A program made the position numbers and the translations under genes. DNA of 64,000 nucleotides from Candidatus Moranbacteria bacterium GW2011_GWC2_40_12 (lineage in GTDB: Bacteria > Patescibacteriota > Minisyncoccia > Moranbacterales > UBA11712): contig LBYD01000002.1 of assembly GCA_000995965.1 (NCBI GenBank), positions 71,889 to 135,888 on the forward strand. The letters run 5' to 3'. The notes beneath the pieces are model-generated. The model made no database searches and was not told the DNA's origin. It saw only the letters and a list, made by a program, of their open reading frames with translations. This document shows positions 47,501 through 55,530 of this stretch, one piece after another. Each line of letters starts with the position of its first letter. Within the stretch, counting starts at the first letter, position 1.

Positions 47501-47640
47501 TCACCCGAGGACCGACTACCTCCGAGGTGGAAGATCTTGCCAGGAAACAAGGAATGCTGACCATGGCCCAAGACGGGATTCTGAAGGTCGTTGAAGGGAT
47601 CACGACTATGGAAGAAGTGGAAAGAGTAACAGAGGAATAA
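44596..47640 (+). CDS. tandem-duplicated GspE/PilB-type secretion/pilus ATPase (two complete N-domain + ATPase modules in one 1014-aa protein)
   Basis: Each half has a T2SSE_N-like domain and an ATPase core containing Walker A, Asp box, Walker B and His box, followed by a tetracysteine motif (see finding 2 for the motif sequences). Confidence 0.85.
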   Translation: MPEETNKNKTAGEIHGHHEEEVSRILSKMKHESEEQQAASLAATLGFPYIDLNIFPIDPETLQVIPKEDALRLELVPIQRAGKNVSLAISNISHPDLKKYLEKLEKEEGYRLKIFISSKTGFQKTLERYKFIALADNLEDLRLTLSGTDLAEFEKNLRDVIDLKKRITEIPTTEVINIIMAGAVKMEASDIHFEPQQDGIRLRYRLDGILQNITDLPSQVYHYILSRVKILSGMKINIRDVAQDGHFSIEIEENEIDVRVSILPGNFGENIVMRLLNQRSIALKYDDLGLRGLAYDKLREEMKKPNGIILNTGPTGSGKTTTLYAIVNTLNSPEVKIITVEDPVEYKIKGISQTQVSKSRGYTFANALRAIVRQDPDVILVGEIRDDETAQIAVHASLTGHLVLSTLHTNSAVETTPRLTDMGIKPSLIPAAVNAIIAQRLVRKLCPVCKEKYTPARESVESVRKILSVISPKAKLSVPKNIDSFFRAKGCPKCRGLGYKGRIGIFEILTLNEEISQKITEMASESEILSLALEAGMVTMLQDGILKALEGITSLEEVQRVTGEGKFLEELYEKIITQLLLRSVLIRKDIAQKIEGIKNDFSKYQELVNTANPEEILSLIIAAGIKLQAGDIHIEPEENIVKIRFRIDGILQDAAQIPLSDYPHVMGDIKILSGFKATDVESGVKDSRFSISLEEGVFSEIAKREIDVRVSIILGGYGETVVMRLLGQGDQETDIFKLGIRQQNLDRLLEKIKKPNGIILNTGPTGSGKTTTLYSLLSLLNKPGAKIITVEDPIEYRLKGILQTQVNEKKGYTFPMALRALLRQNPDIMMIGEIRDEETAKISVQAALTGHLVLSTLHTNNAASSIQRLINMSVNPTDIASSVNAFMAQRLVRFLCQSCKKKVRPSQKVKSQIERMLGTISEKAGIEVPKKVDYIFEAQGCPECNNIGYKGRTAVSEIMDMTKEMEELVTRGPTTSEVEDLARKQGMLTMAQDGILKVVEGITTMEEVERVTEE

Positions 47641-47646
47641 ATATAA

Positions 47647-47811
47647 AAAAGCCTTTCAATCTGTAGACAAATCCCGCAACTAGGGAATCGCGGGGCAGGA
47701 ACAGTGCCGAGGAGCGGCTAAGCCGAAACCGGGCCGTCCATGTCTGGGCAAAAAAGTCCCCAGGAAGGAAAGTTACGAGCTCCCCTTATGTCTACAGATT
47801 GAAAGGCTTTT
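47647..47811 (+). ncRNA. candidate structured RNA / palindromic element (unknown class)
   Basis: A perfect 23-bp closing stem AAAAGCCTTTCAATCTGTAGACA / TGTCTACAGATTGAAAGGCTTTT encloses a 119-nt insert that is visibly GC-richer than the flanks (about 60% GC). The insert contains UCCCGCAAC and GGAAGGAAAG motifs. Confidence 0.35.
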
Positions 47812-47933
47812 AAAGTTCGTTAAATAAGTCCCTTTTTCGCAGGACAGTCCAGTCTATCATAGGCAATATTTTTTGTCAAGAAGTGCTAAATGCCTTATAC
47901 TACCAATAAAATACGACATTCCGAATACCAATT

Positions 47934-48944
47934 ATGATTACCTCCTCTGCTGAACAAATCGATGATACAAAGCTTGATATAACCTTGCGGCCGCAAGCTT
48001 TTTCGGAATACGTCGGTCAAGAGAATACAAAGAAAAACCTGAATATTCTCATAAAAGCCGCTCAAAAACGAAAAGAGCCTATCGAGCACGTCCTCCTTTA
48101 CGGACCGGCGGGCTTGGGAAAAACGACCTTAGCCCACATCATAGCCAATGAAATGGGAGCTAATATTCGCACTACGTCCGGACCGGCCATTGAAAAAGTA
48201 GGAGACCTTGGCTCGATTCTGACAAATTTAAGCGACGGAGATATTCTTTTCATTGACGAGATCCACCGGCTGAACAAACTCATTGAAGAAGTTCTTTACC
48301 CGGCAATGGAAGACTTCAAGCTGGATATTATTATCGGAAAAGGGCCCTCGGCAAAAACTCTCCAGCTTGATCTTCCGCGATTCACGCTGATCGGAGCCAC
48401 AACCCGCCTGGGATCAATATCCTCGCCGCTTCGCAATCGCTTTGGCGTCATTCACCGCCTTGATTTTTATGAGAATGAGGATATTGAGAAAATACTCCAC
48501 CGCTCGTCGAAAATTCTTGAGATCCCAATCGACAGTGCCGGAGCCGCTTCAATTTCCCGTTCCAGCCGCCGCACGCCTCGAGTGGCCAACCGGCTTTTAA
48601 AACGGGTTCGCGATTTCACCCAGGTCGAAAACGAGAAAGAAATAAACGAAAAATTGACTCTCCAGGCTCTCAAAAATCTTGAAATTGACGCGCTTGGCCT
48701 CGAGCCCACTGACCGGCATATCCTTGCGACTATCATTGAAAAATTCTCCGGCGGACCGGTTGGCATCCAGACACTAGCTGCCGCTACAATGGAAGAGACT
48801 GAAACTATCGAAGATGTTTATGAGCCATTTCTTCTCCAAATCGGATTTCTAGCTCGCACTCCCCGCGGAAGAGTCGCCACGGAACAGGCTTACAAACATT
48901 TAGGAATAGAGTATAATAAAGAAAACCAGAATAAGCTATTGTAA
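47934..48944 (+). CDS. ruvB: Holliday junction DNA helicase RuvB
   Basis: [12 protein letters not shown]..., Walker [16 protein letters not shown] and a winged-helix C-terminus. Confidence 0.95.
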   Translation: MITSSAEQIDDTKLDITLRPQAFSEYVGQENTKKNLNILIKAAQKRKEPIEHVLLYGPAGLGKTTLAHIIANEMGANIRTTSGPAIEKVGDLGSILTNLSDGDILFIDEIHRLNKLIEEVLYPAMEDFKLDIIIGKGPSAKTLQLDLPRFTLIGATTRLGSISSPLRNRFGVIHRLDFYENEDIEKILHRSSKILEIPIDSAGAASISRSSRRTPRVANRLLKRVRDFTQVENEKEINEKLTLQALKNLEIDALGLEPTDRHILATIIEKFSGGPVGIQTLAAATMEETETIEDVYEPFLLQIGFLARTPRGRVATEQAYKHLGIEYNKENQNKLL

Positions 48945-48953
48945 CCAAAAGTC

Positions 48954-49172
48954 ATGCCGCTAATTTCAATATTTTACTTGATCCTCGTTCTTGTCTATCT
49001 CGCCATCGGCGCAGCAATTATTTTTCATATGCTTTACTACCGGATAAATCGAAAAGTGGCTACGGTAATGTTCTTCATATACTCAACCGGGGGCATAATA
49101 CTTCTTACTTCAAATTTTTTCCTCTTCCGGATAGTCAATTGGTATAATATTTTCTCCGACTCTGGATTCTAA
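48954..49172 (+). CDS. small membrane protein (72 aa)
   Basis: Two TM helices. Starts 10 nt after the ruvB stop. Confidence 0.35.
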   Translation: MPLISIFYLILVLVYLAIGAAIIFHMLYYRINRKVATVMFFIYSTGGIILLTSNFFLFRIVNWYNIFSDSGF

Positions 49173-49213
49173 TATTTATTACGCTCTCTTGGATAATAAA
49201 CTTCATCAAAGAT

Positions 49214-49780
49214 ATGTTTGAAGAAATAAATTTTCCCGGCCAGCACGAACAAGAGAAAATCATCTTATTTCTTCGCCGCCACTGGTTTATATTTTTGATG
49301 CGTATCATCCTTATCCTGATTTCGATCATTGCACTTGTGATGATTTATTTTTTCTTCAGTACAGATGATCCCAACCTCAAAGAAAGCACCTATTATAACC
49401 TTCTTCTTTTCGGCGAGAGTCTGGCCACCCTTTTTATTTGGAATTTCTTTTTCATTATGTGGCTCGACTTTTATCTCGACGCCTGGATTGTCACCGACGA
49501 GCGAATAATAAACATCGAACAGCGGGGTTTTTTCACAAGAAAAATTTCAGAACTTAAGCTCACCAAAATCCAGGACGTCTCTTCAGAGATTATTGGCGCG
49601 ATTCCCACCCTATTGAATTATGGAAATATTCACGTTCAAACGGCCGGAGAGAAAGAGCATTTTGTTTTTATCCAGATACCTGATCCTAATTATGTGAAGA
49701 GCGTAATTGTCGAACTTCAGGAGAAAGAAAGAGTTTCCGAAGAAAAAGAGCTGGGAAAAATCATCAGAGGAGGGAAATGA
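49214..49780 (+). CDS. membrane-flanked bacterial PH-domain (bPH_2/YdbT-like) protein
   Basis: 188 aa: two TM helices followed by the ...TDERIINIEQRGFFTRKISELKLTKIQDV... PH-like segment. Confidence 0.45.
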   Translation: MFEEINFPGQHEQEKIILFLRRHWFIFLMRIILILISIIALVMIYFFFSTDDPNLKESTYYNLLLFGESLATLFIWNFFFIMWLDFYLDAWIVTDERIINIEQRGFFTRKISELKLTKIQDVSSEIIGAIPTLLNYGNIHVQTAGEKEHFVFIQIPDPNYVKSVIVELQEKERVSEEKELGKIIRGGK

Positions 49781-49917
49781 GTCCAGATTTTCTATTCAGG
49801 CAAATATCATTTGTCAAGATTGGATCTATACTTAAAGCCTCGGCCAATGTTTGGGCTGAACCAAACAAAAATAATATATTTTCTGGCAGCTATTTTTGAG
49901 CTGTTTTTGTTTATACG

Positions 49918-51216
49918 ATGATATACAAACATTCGTATTTCAAATTAGACGCCGAAAGCAAAAAGGTCTTTGATGAAAACAATAAAGAGCTGGCGCTAAC
50001 GGGCAACGCTTATCGTTTGCTTGTTTTCTTGTGTGATAAAAGAAATGCCACCATAACTGACATAAATGACTATTTCGATCCGGCAGGAGCCAAAGACTAT
50101 ACTGGAAATCATATCCGGCAGTATCGATATAAAATACATTCCATTATAGGCTATGGAATAATTGCCTATAAAAACAATATCTATTCAATAAATGGTACGA
50201 TCTCAAAATATAGAAATAACGCGGATTTAGAGTTGGCCACCATAAAAATACAGGAGTCTGAAAAAAATCAGGCGGAAAAAGAGACAGAAAAAAATGAGTT
50301 TGAAACATCTCGACGAAAAAGAAATAAATTGTCCAAAAAAGAAAAACTGGTTATTCCGTCCTTATTAGTCTTTTTGATAATTTTTAGCACGGTTGTTCTG
50401 AAAGATAAAAATAAAAATTACGGTATAGCTAAAAAATCAAATCTAGTCAACGAAATAGCGGAAAATTCGAATTTAAAGCCTCAAGGTGACATGCTATTGA
50501 TTCCGGCCGGGGAATTTTTCATGGGAAGCACCGAGAAACAAGCCATTGAAGCCTGGCGAAAAAATGACGGCGGTTATGATAAGGAGGATTATCTGGCGGA
50601 ATATCCCCAGCGAAAAATAATGCTTGGAAATTTTTATATCGATAAGAAAGAAGTGTCCAACAGCGACTATAAAATGTTTGTCGATGCACGAAACCATATT
50701 GCTCCCGCGCTTTGGAGCGATCAAAATCTCAATTCGCCGAGCCTTCCCGTTGTTGGAGTTGACTGGAATGATGCTGAGGCTTTTTGCCGATGGCTTGGGA
50801 AAAGATTGCCCACTGAAGCCGAATGGGAAAAAGCCGCTCGCGGACCAGACGGAAGAATTTGGCCTTGGGGAAATGCATGGGATCCGGCCAAGGATAATCA
50901 CGGCATGGGCACTGAATATGGCTTTGATGAAAGTGACGGTTACAAATACACCGCGCCTGTCGGCACTGAACTTGGCGTCAGTCCTTATGGAGCTTTGAAT
51001 ATGGCAGGTAATGTCTATGAATGGGTAGCTGATGATTTCAACGCTTATCCGGAAAATGACAAATATTCCCAGCAAGATTTCAATAAAGGATTCAAAGTTT
51101 TCAAAGGGGGGGCATATACCGATGGCCAAAGCGATCAACGTCCTGCCTCAAGAATTGGCTACCAAAAGGATTATAAGGATGTTGATATCGGTTTTCGTTG
51201 CGCGAAAAATGAGTAA
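49918..51216 (+). CDS. one-component membrane protein: CadC/OmpR-type winged-helix N-terminus, single TM, extracytoplasmic FGE-sulfatase (SUMF1-like) domain
   Basis: N-terminal LTGNAYRLLVFLCDKRNATITDINDYF (trans_reg_C-like), TM VIPSLLVFLIIFSTVVL, then FGE-sulfatase motifs (see finding 10). Confidence 0.55.
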   Translation: MIYKHSYFKLDAESKKVFDENNKELALTGNAYRLLVFLCDKRNATITDINDYFDPAGAKDYTGNHIRQYRYKIHSIIGYGIIAYKNNIYSINGTISKYRNNADLELATIKIQESEKNQAEKETEKNEFETSRRKRNKLSKKEKLVIPSLLVFLIIFSTVVLKDKNKNYGIAKKSNLVNEIAENSNLKPQGDMLLIPAGEFFMGSTEKQAIEAWRKNDGGYDKEDYLAEYPQRKIMLGNFYIDKKEVSNSDYKMFVDARNHIAPALWSDQNLNSPSLPVVGVDWNDAEAFCRWLGKRLPTEAEWEKAARGPDGRIWPWGNAWDPAKDNHGMGTEYGFDESDGYKYTAPVGTELGVSPYGALNMAGNVYEWVADDFNAYPENDKYSQQDFNKGFKVFKGGAYTDGQSDQRPASRIGYQKDYKDVDIGFRCAKNE

Positions 51217-51255
51217 TACGTCATAGAAAATTCACTTTAAACAAAACTTTTATTG

Positions 51256-51286
51256 CCGTAATACGAGTTTATTACGGTCTTTTTTG
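51256..51286 (+). terminator. rho-independent terminator
   Basis: CCGTAAT-acgagttt-ATTACGG followed by TCTTTTTTG. Confidence 0.55.
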
Positions 51287-51291
51287 TTAGG

Positions 51292-53709
51292 ATGCGCGCA
51301 GGATTAATTATTAATAAAAATCCTATGAAAAAGTTTCTTATCGCTAGCCTGATAGCTACAAGTGCACTTGGCTTTCTTGCTTTAGAAAATCCCGCTAAAG
51401 CCGATTCTGGGCCGCATATTGTTATTAATGAAATCCAACTCTCCGGTGCGCTCAGCAATGACGAATTTATCGAATTGTTCAATCCCGCTGATGATCCGAT
51501 TGATCTAGAAGGATATAAATTGAGTAAAAAGACCAAAACAGGCAGTTCGGAAAGCATTCTTATCAGCACAACTAAATTTCTGGGAACCATTCAGGCACAC
51601 GGATATTTTCTGGTTGCCCATCCAAATTACCAAGATGCAATTTTCGCCGATCTCCCTTATTCTGGTTCTACTTACTATATTTCGGGCGACAATACCGTCT
51701 TTTTGTATGATAAAGACGGAATACTTTTAGATAAGGTCGGCTTTGGAGCAGTGGATTATGCAAATTCTGAAAGCAAACCGGCGATAAATCCTGATGCTAA
51801 TCAGAGCCTATGCAGAACAAATTTCATAGACACGGATGACAATGCAGCTGATTTTTCAATATCTAACTCTCCCTCACCTCAAAACAGCAGTTTTGCTGGA
51901 AGCAACAATGAAGAACTTTCGGATTTAGATGACGGAGAATCACCGGCAGATATTGAAGATGTTGGAGATATTGAAGATGCTTTTTCGGACGCATCGGGCT
52001 CTTGCGTTTCGGAATCACCAGACATAAATCTCAATGAAATTTTTCCATATCCGGCCAGTGGAGAAGAATTTGTCGAAGTCATAAACACCGGAGAAAGCTG
52101 TGTGGATGTTTCCGGCTGGAAAATAATGGATGAATCCGGTCATAAAAAGGAATTTCCGGAAAATTCAACAATAGGACCAGGAGAGTATTTTTTTCTTAAG
52201 GGAAATTTTTATCTCAACAATGATTCTGATACGGTATATCTTCTGAATCGAGAAGCAGATACAAAAAATGACGCACTGGATAGTATCCGATATGAAAAGA
52301 CCCGGAAGAACTATTCTTTCAGCTTGGGCGGAGAAAATTGGCGCTGGACATCCGAATTTACTCCTGGAGATGAGAATACTTTTGATTCTTCCGAGAGCGC
52401 TGGAAACAAAGATGAAAGTATTGCCGACTCGGGAAAAGCAAGCTTAACGGACTCTGAAAATGTATATATCAATGAAATCCTTGCCAATCCCAAGGACGGG
52501 TCGGCCGATGAGTATATAGAAATAGTCAATGGCGAAAGCGGCCCAGTTGATTTGCACGGTTGGATGATTCGCGACGACTCGAAATCAGGGAAATACGTTT
52601 TCAAAGAGCATGTGGAGATCGGACCCGGAGGATATCTTGCGCTATATAAATCCGAATCAAAAATCTCGCTAAACAATTCCAAGGAGTCTGTTTATTTATA
52701 TAACCCCGCAGGAAAAATCGTTTCCAGCGCTTCCTATGAAAAATCCCAAAAAAATGCCTCTTACAATTTCGACGGAAAAAACTGGAAATGGAGCAAATAT
52801 CTCACTCCCGGCGAGACAAACAAGTTTGATTCCCAGCCGTCGGTGAAAATCAAAAAACCAAAAAAAGCATTCAAAGATCTTTTTACTGAATTTTCCGCCA
52901 AGGCCAAAGACAAAGAAACAAAGAAGCTCAAATACATCTGGGATTTCGGTGACGGGAAGAAAAGCTATCTCGCGAAGACTTCCCACAAATATCAGGGCAC
53001 CGGAAAATACACTGTGACACTGACCGTCAGCGATGATTCCCAAACAATTGAGAAAAGCTTCACAATCTCGGTGAAAAATTATCCCCTGCCCGATCTCGAG
53101 ATCGTGAAAATTGTGCCTAATCCCACCGGAGCGGATTCGAACAATGAAACAATTGATCTCAAAAACAGTTCTGGAAAGAAAGTTGACCTTCAGGGCTGGA
53201 AAATTGCGACGGGAGCGGAAGAAAAAGTGTATAACCATCCGCTAAGCGACGGAATAGCTCTAGGCCCGGGTGAAATAAAAACTATTACCCGCGAAGTGTC
53301 CAGATTTTCTCTCAACAACAAAGCCGGGAAAGTGCGCCTTATCTCCCCCGACGACAAAATCGCGGATGAAGTTGAATATTCAAAAGACAAAATCGCCGAA
53401 GGCGAGGCTTATGTGAAAACCAACGAGGAATGGCGATGGATCTCTCCGCCGGATAATTCTTCAAAAAAAGAGGACCCTTCCAAAGAAGATTCTAGTGATG
53501 TTGAAAATGATGAGAATAACTCGAATGACAATGGAGATATCCTTGGCGCAATAGATGAAAATCAAACGGATTTCGCTCCAAAATTAACCCTGTATACTCC
53601 CGAAGATAAATTTATATTTCTCAAATTTTTCGGCCTATTGGGCTACAAACCGCAAGAAGAAAACTTCTGCCCCGTGAATCAATCGCCCATTAACCTTGCT
53701 TATTTCTGA
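51292..53709 (+). CDS. secreted protein with four lamin-tail domains (LTD) and a PKD domain
   Basis: Signal peptide MKKFLIASLIATSALGFLA and four repeats of the INEI..EF(I/V)E(L/V).N....DLSGW.I pattern. PKD motif KYIWDFGDGKKSYLAKTSHKYQGTGKYTVTLTVSDD. Acidic low-complexity linkers. Confidence 0.65.
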   Translation: MRAGLIINKNPMKKFLIASLIATSALGFLALENPAKADSGPHIVINEIQLSGALSNDEFIELFNPADDPIDLEGYKLSKKTKTGSSESILISTTKFLGTIQAHGYFLVAHPNYQDAIFADLPYSGSTYYISGDNTVFLYDKDGILLDKVGFGAVDYANSESKPAINPDANQSLCRTNFIDTDDNAADFSISNSPSPQNSSFAGSNNEELSDLDDGESPADIEDVGDIEDAFSDASGSCVSESPDINLNEIFPYPASGEEFVEVINTGESCVDVSGWKIMDESGHKKEFPENSTIGPGEYFFLKGNFYLNNDSDTVYLLNREADTKNDALDSIRYEKTRKNYSFSLGGENWRWTSEFTPGDENTFDSSESAGNKDESIADSGKASLTDSENVYINEILANPKDGSADEYIEIVNGESGPVDLHGWMIRDDSKSGKYVFKEHVEIGPGGYLALYKSESKISLNNSKESVYLYNPAGKIVSSASYEKSQKNASYNFDGKNWKWSKYLTPGETNKFDSQPSVKIKKPKKAFKDLFTEFSAKAKDKETKKLKYIWDFGDGKKSYLAKTSHKYQGTGKYTVTLTVSDDSQTIEKSFTISVKNYPLPDLEIVKIVPNPTGADSNNETIDLKNSSGKKVDLQGWKIATGAEEKVYNHPLSDGIALGPGEIKTITREVSRFSLNNKAGKVRLISPDDKIADEVEYSKDKIAEGEAYVKTNEEWRWISPPDNSSKKEDPSKEDSSDVENDENNSNDNGDILGAIDENQTDFAPKLTLYTPEDKFIFLKFFGLLGYKPQEENFCPVNQSPINLAYF

Positions 53710-53758
53710 AAATAACCTTCAACAAATAATTCGCTCCTATTCGCTTTTAATTCGCTCT

Positions 53759-54760
53759 TTATTTGCGAGTGTTTAACGTCGTTATCGGCCGCGATTGCGT
53801 AATGTAGAAATTCCCCTTTTCGAGCGCCCATTCGATGTCTTGAGGTTTTTTATAATGTTTTTCAACTCTATCGCAAAGTTTGGCTAATTCGACAATTTGC
53901 TTACTGGTCAGTTTCTGCTGATTTTGTTTTTTTCTTGAAACCGGCTTCCATTCTACACCTTCGCCTTTCTTTTTTATAATCATCCTTGATTGTTCGGAAA
54001 AATTTATATCAATGTTGCTAAATTCTCTTTTGTTCACCACATATGTGTCCGGCGTGATTTGGCCCGACACAATCGCTTCTCCCAGCCCATATCCAGCTTC
54101 AATCACCATTTGGTTTTTGTCTTCCGTCACCGGATGCACCGTAAAACAAACTCCGGAAATTTCCGACTGGACCATTTTTTGAACGACTACCGCGACGCTC
54201 ACCGGATAGGAATCTTTGATTTTTGATGTCCCAGCCCGAATTTTTTGCTGGTGCTTTTTTGAAAATACCCCTTTTTCAAAGGCGTAGAACAAGGCCCTTT
54301 GCGTAAAAAGCGACGACCAGCATTTTTTGATGTTTTCAAAAATATTTTTTTCGGTAGTGTTGAGATAGGTTTCGAGCTCGCCCGCCCAGGAAGCAACCGC
54401 CGAATCTTCGGCCGTTGCGCTGCTGCGTACCGCAACGTGCGGAGCTTTTAGTTTTTTGAATTCGGCTAAAAATAATTTGGCGAGATCTTTCGGCATGGGA
54501 ACGTCATGAATCATATCTCGGATTTCATGCGATGCTCTGTCCACCGAACTCATATCCTTATAATTTATTTTTTTTAGTATTGAAACAATATCAACTCCAA
54601 GATCCGTTTCTTCCAAAAAACGGTCGAAGGCGTCAATGATAATCACAAATCCCGGCGGGACCGAAATCCCCGCCTGTGTCATTTCTCCCAACGATGCACC
54701 TTTCCCGCCGGCAATTCCGACATCTTTTTTTGAGATTTCTTTGAATGTTTTTGTGAACAT
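53759..54760 (-). CDS. stand-alone PPDK_N (PEP synthase/PPDK N-terminal ATP-grasp-type, PEP/pyruvate-binding) domain protein
   Basis: GGKGASLGEM, AVRSSATAED and DIEWA...FYITQSRPIT motifs. It has no His swivel domain or TIM barrel. Length 333 aa. Confidence 0.8.
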   Translation of the reverse strand: MFTKTFKEISKKDVGIAGGKGASLGEMTQAGISVPPGFVIIIDAFDRFLEETDLGVDIVSILKKINYKDMSSVDRASHEIRDMIHDVPMPKDLAKLFLAEFKKLKAPHVAVRSSATAEDSAVASWAGELETYLNTTEKNIFENIKKCWSSLFTQRALFYAFEKGVFSKKHQQKIRAGTSKIKDSYPVSVAVVVQKMVQSEISGVCFTVHPVTEDKNQMVIEAGYGLGEAIVSGQITPDTYVVNKREFSNIDINFSEQSRMIIKKKGEGVEWKPVSRKKQNQQKLTSKQIVELAKLCDRVEKHYKKPQDIEWALEKGNFYITQSRPITTLNTRK

Positions 54761-54772
54761 AATATTGGATTT

Positions 54773-55528
54773 TTATTTTTTAACTGTCAAAAGCGCTTCG
54801 AGATGCTGCCGCTGCGAAACTTCAACATCCCGGAATCCAATTTCTTGGAGCATTTTTACGAGTTCCCCCTCTCGCATGATAACACCAGGCTGCATATCCC
54901 CTTCGTAATGCCTAATCCATTCTTTTCTTTTTTCTTCATCCGGAATATTTTGAAACTGTTCGTTCGCGTATTTGATCTCTTTTTGAAATATATCCTCGTC
55001 ATCCGGCATAATCTTGTCCGCGGTGATGAATTCACCTCCAGGTTTCAAAACCCGATAAATTTCTTTTAGGACCGCTCTTCTATAATCATTTCTGAAATTA
55101 TGAATCGTGAATCCAGACGCGACTATCGAAACGGAATTATCCGGAATTTTTTTCAAAAATTTCAGCGCGTCATCTTGGCGAAGCTCGATCCTACCTTCCT
55201 TAATATATTGTCCCAAATTTTCCTGCGCTTGGCGAATCATCCCCGCGTCGTTGTCAGCACCGATAATTTTGACATTTGCATTGGCTTTGAGAATTTCTTC
55301 CGCCGTGAAGCCCTTTCCAGTCCCAATTTCCACGATTTCTGAAAAACCATCCGCATCAAGCTCTGGACTTTCAATATTTTTGACTGCCTTTGCCACTTCG
55401 CCTCCAACTAAACTCTGCATCTCGTCATGATGCGGCATGGCATAGCGGATTGTTTCCAGCTCCTGAAGCCTCGCAAACCGCTGATTAGGAATGATATTTT
55501 CATTTTCGTCTTTTTCCTCAAGAGTCAT
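54773..55528 (-). CDS. class I SAM-dependent methyltransferase
   Basis: Motif I VEIGTGKG and post-I LKPGGEF. Confidence 0.8.
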   Translation of the reverse strand: MTLEEKDENENIIPNQRFARLQELETIRYAMPHHDEMQSLVGGEVAKAVKNIESPELDADGFSEIVEIGTGKGFTAEEILKANANVKIIGADNDAGMIRQAQENLGQYIKEGRIELRQDDALKFLKKIPDNSVSIVASGFTIHNFRNDYRRAVLKEIYRVLKPGGEFITADKIMPDDEDIFQKEIKYANEQFQNIPDEEKRKEWIRHYEGDMQPGVIMREGELVKMLQEIGFRDVEVSQRQHLEALLTVKK

Positions 55529-55530
55529 AA

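Noticed and set aside
47647-47811. Confident call of SRP RNA (ffs) or RNase P RNA
   Set aside because: Only short motif resemblances (UCCCGCAAC, GGAAGGAAAG). The GGAAG motif lies at the 3' side and not at the hairpin apex. The 23-bp perfect closing stem and the 165-nt length fit neither family cleanly. Kept as an unclassified candidate.
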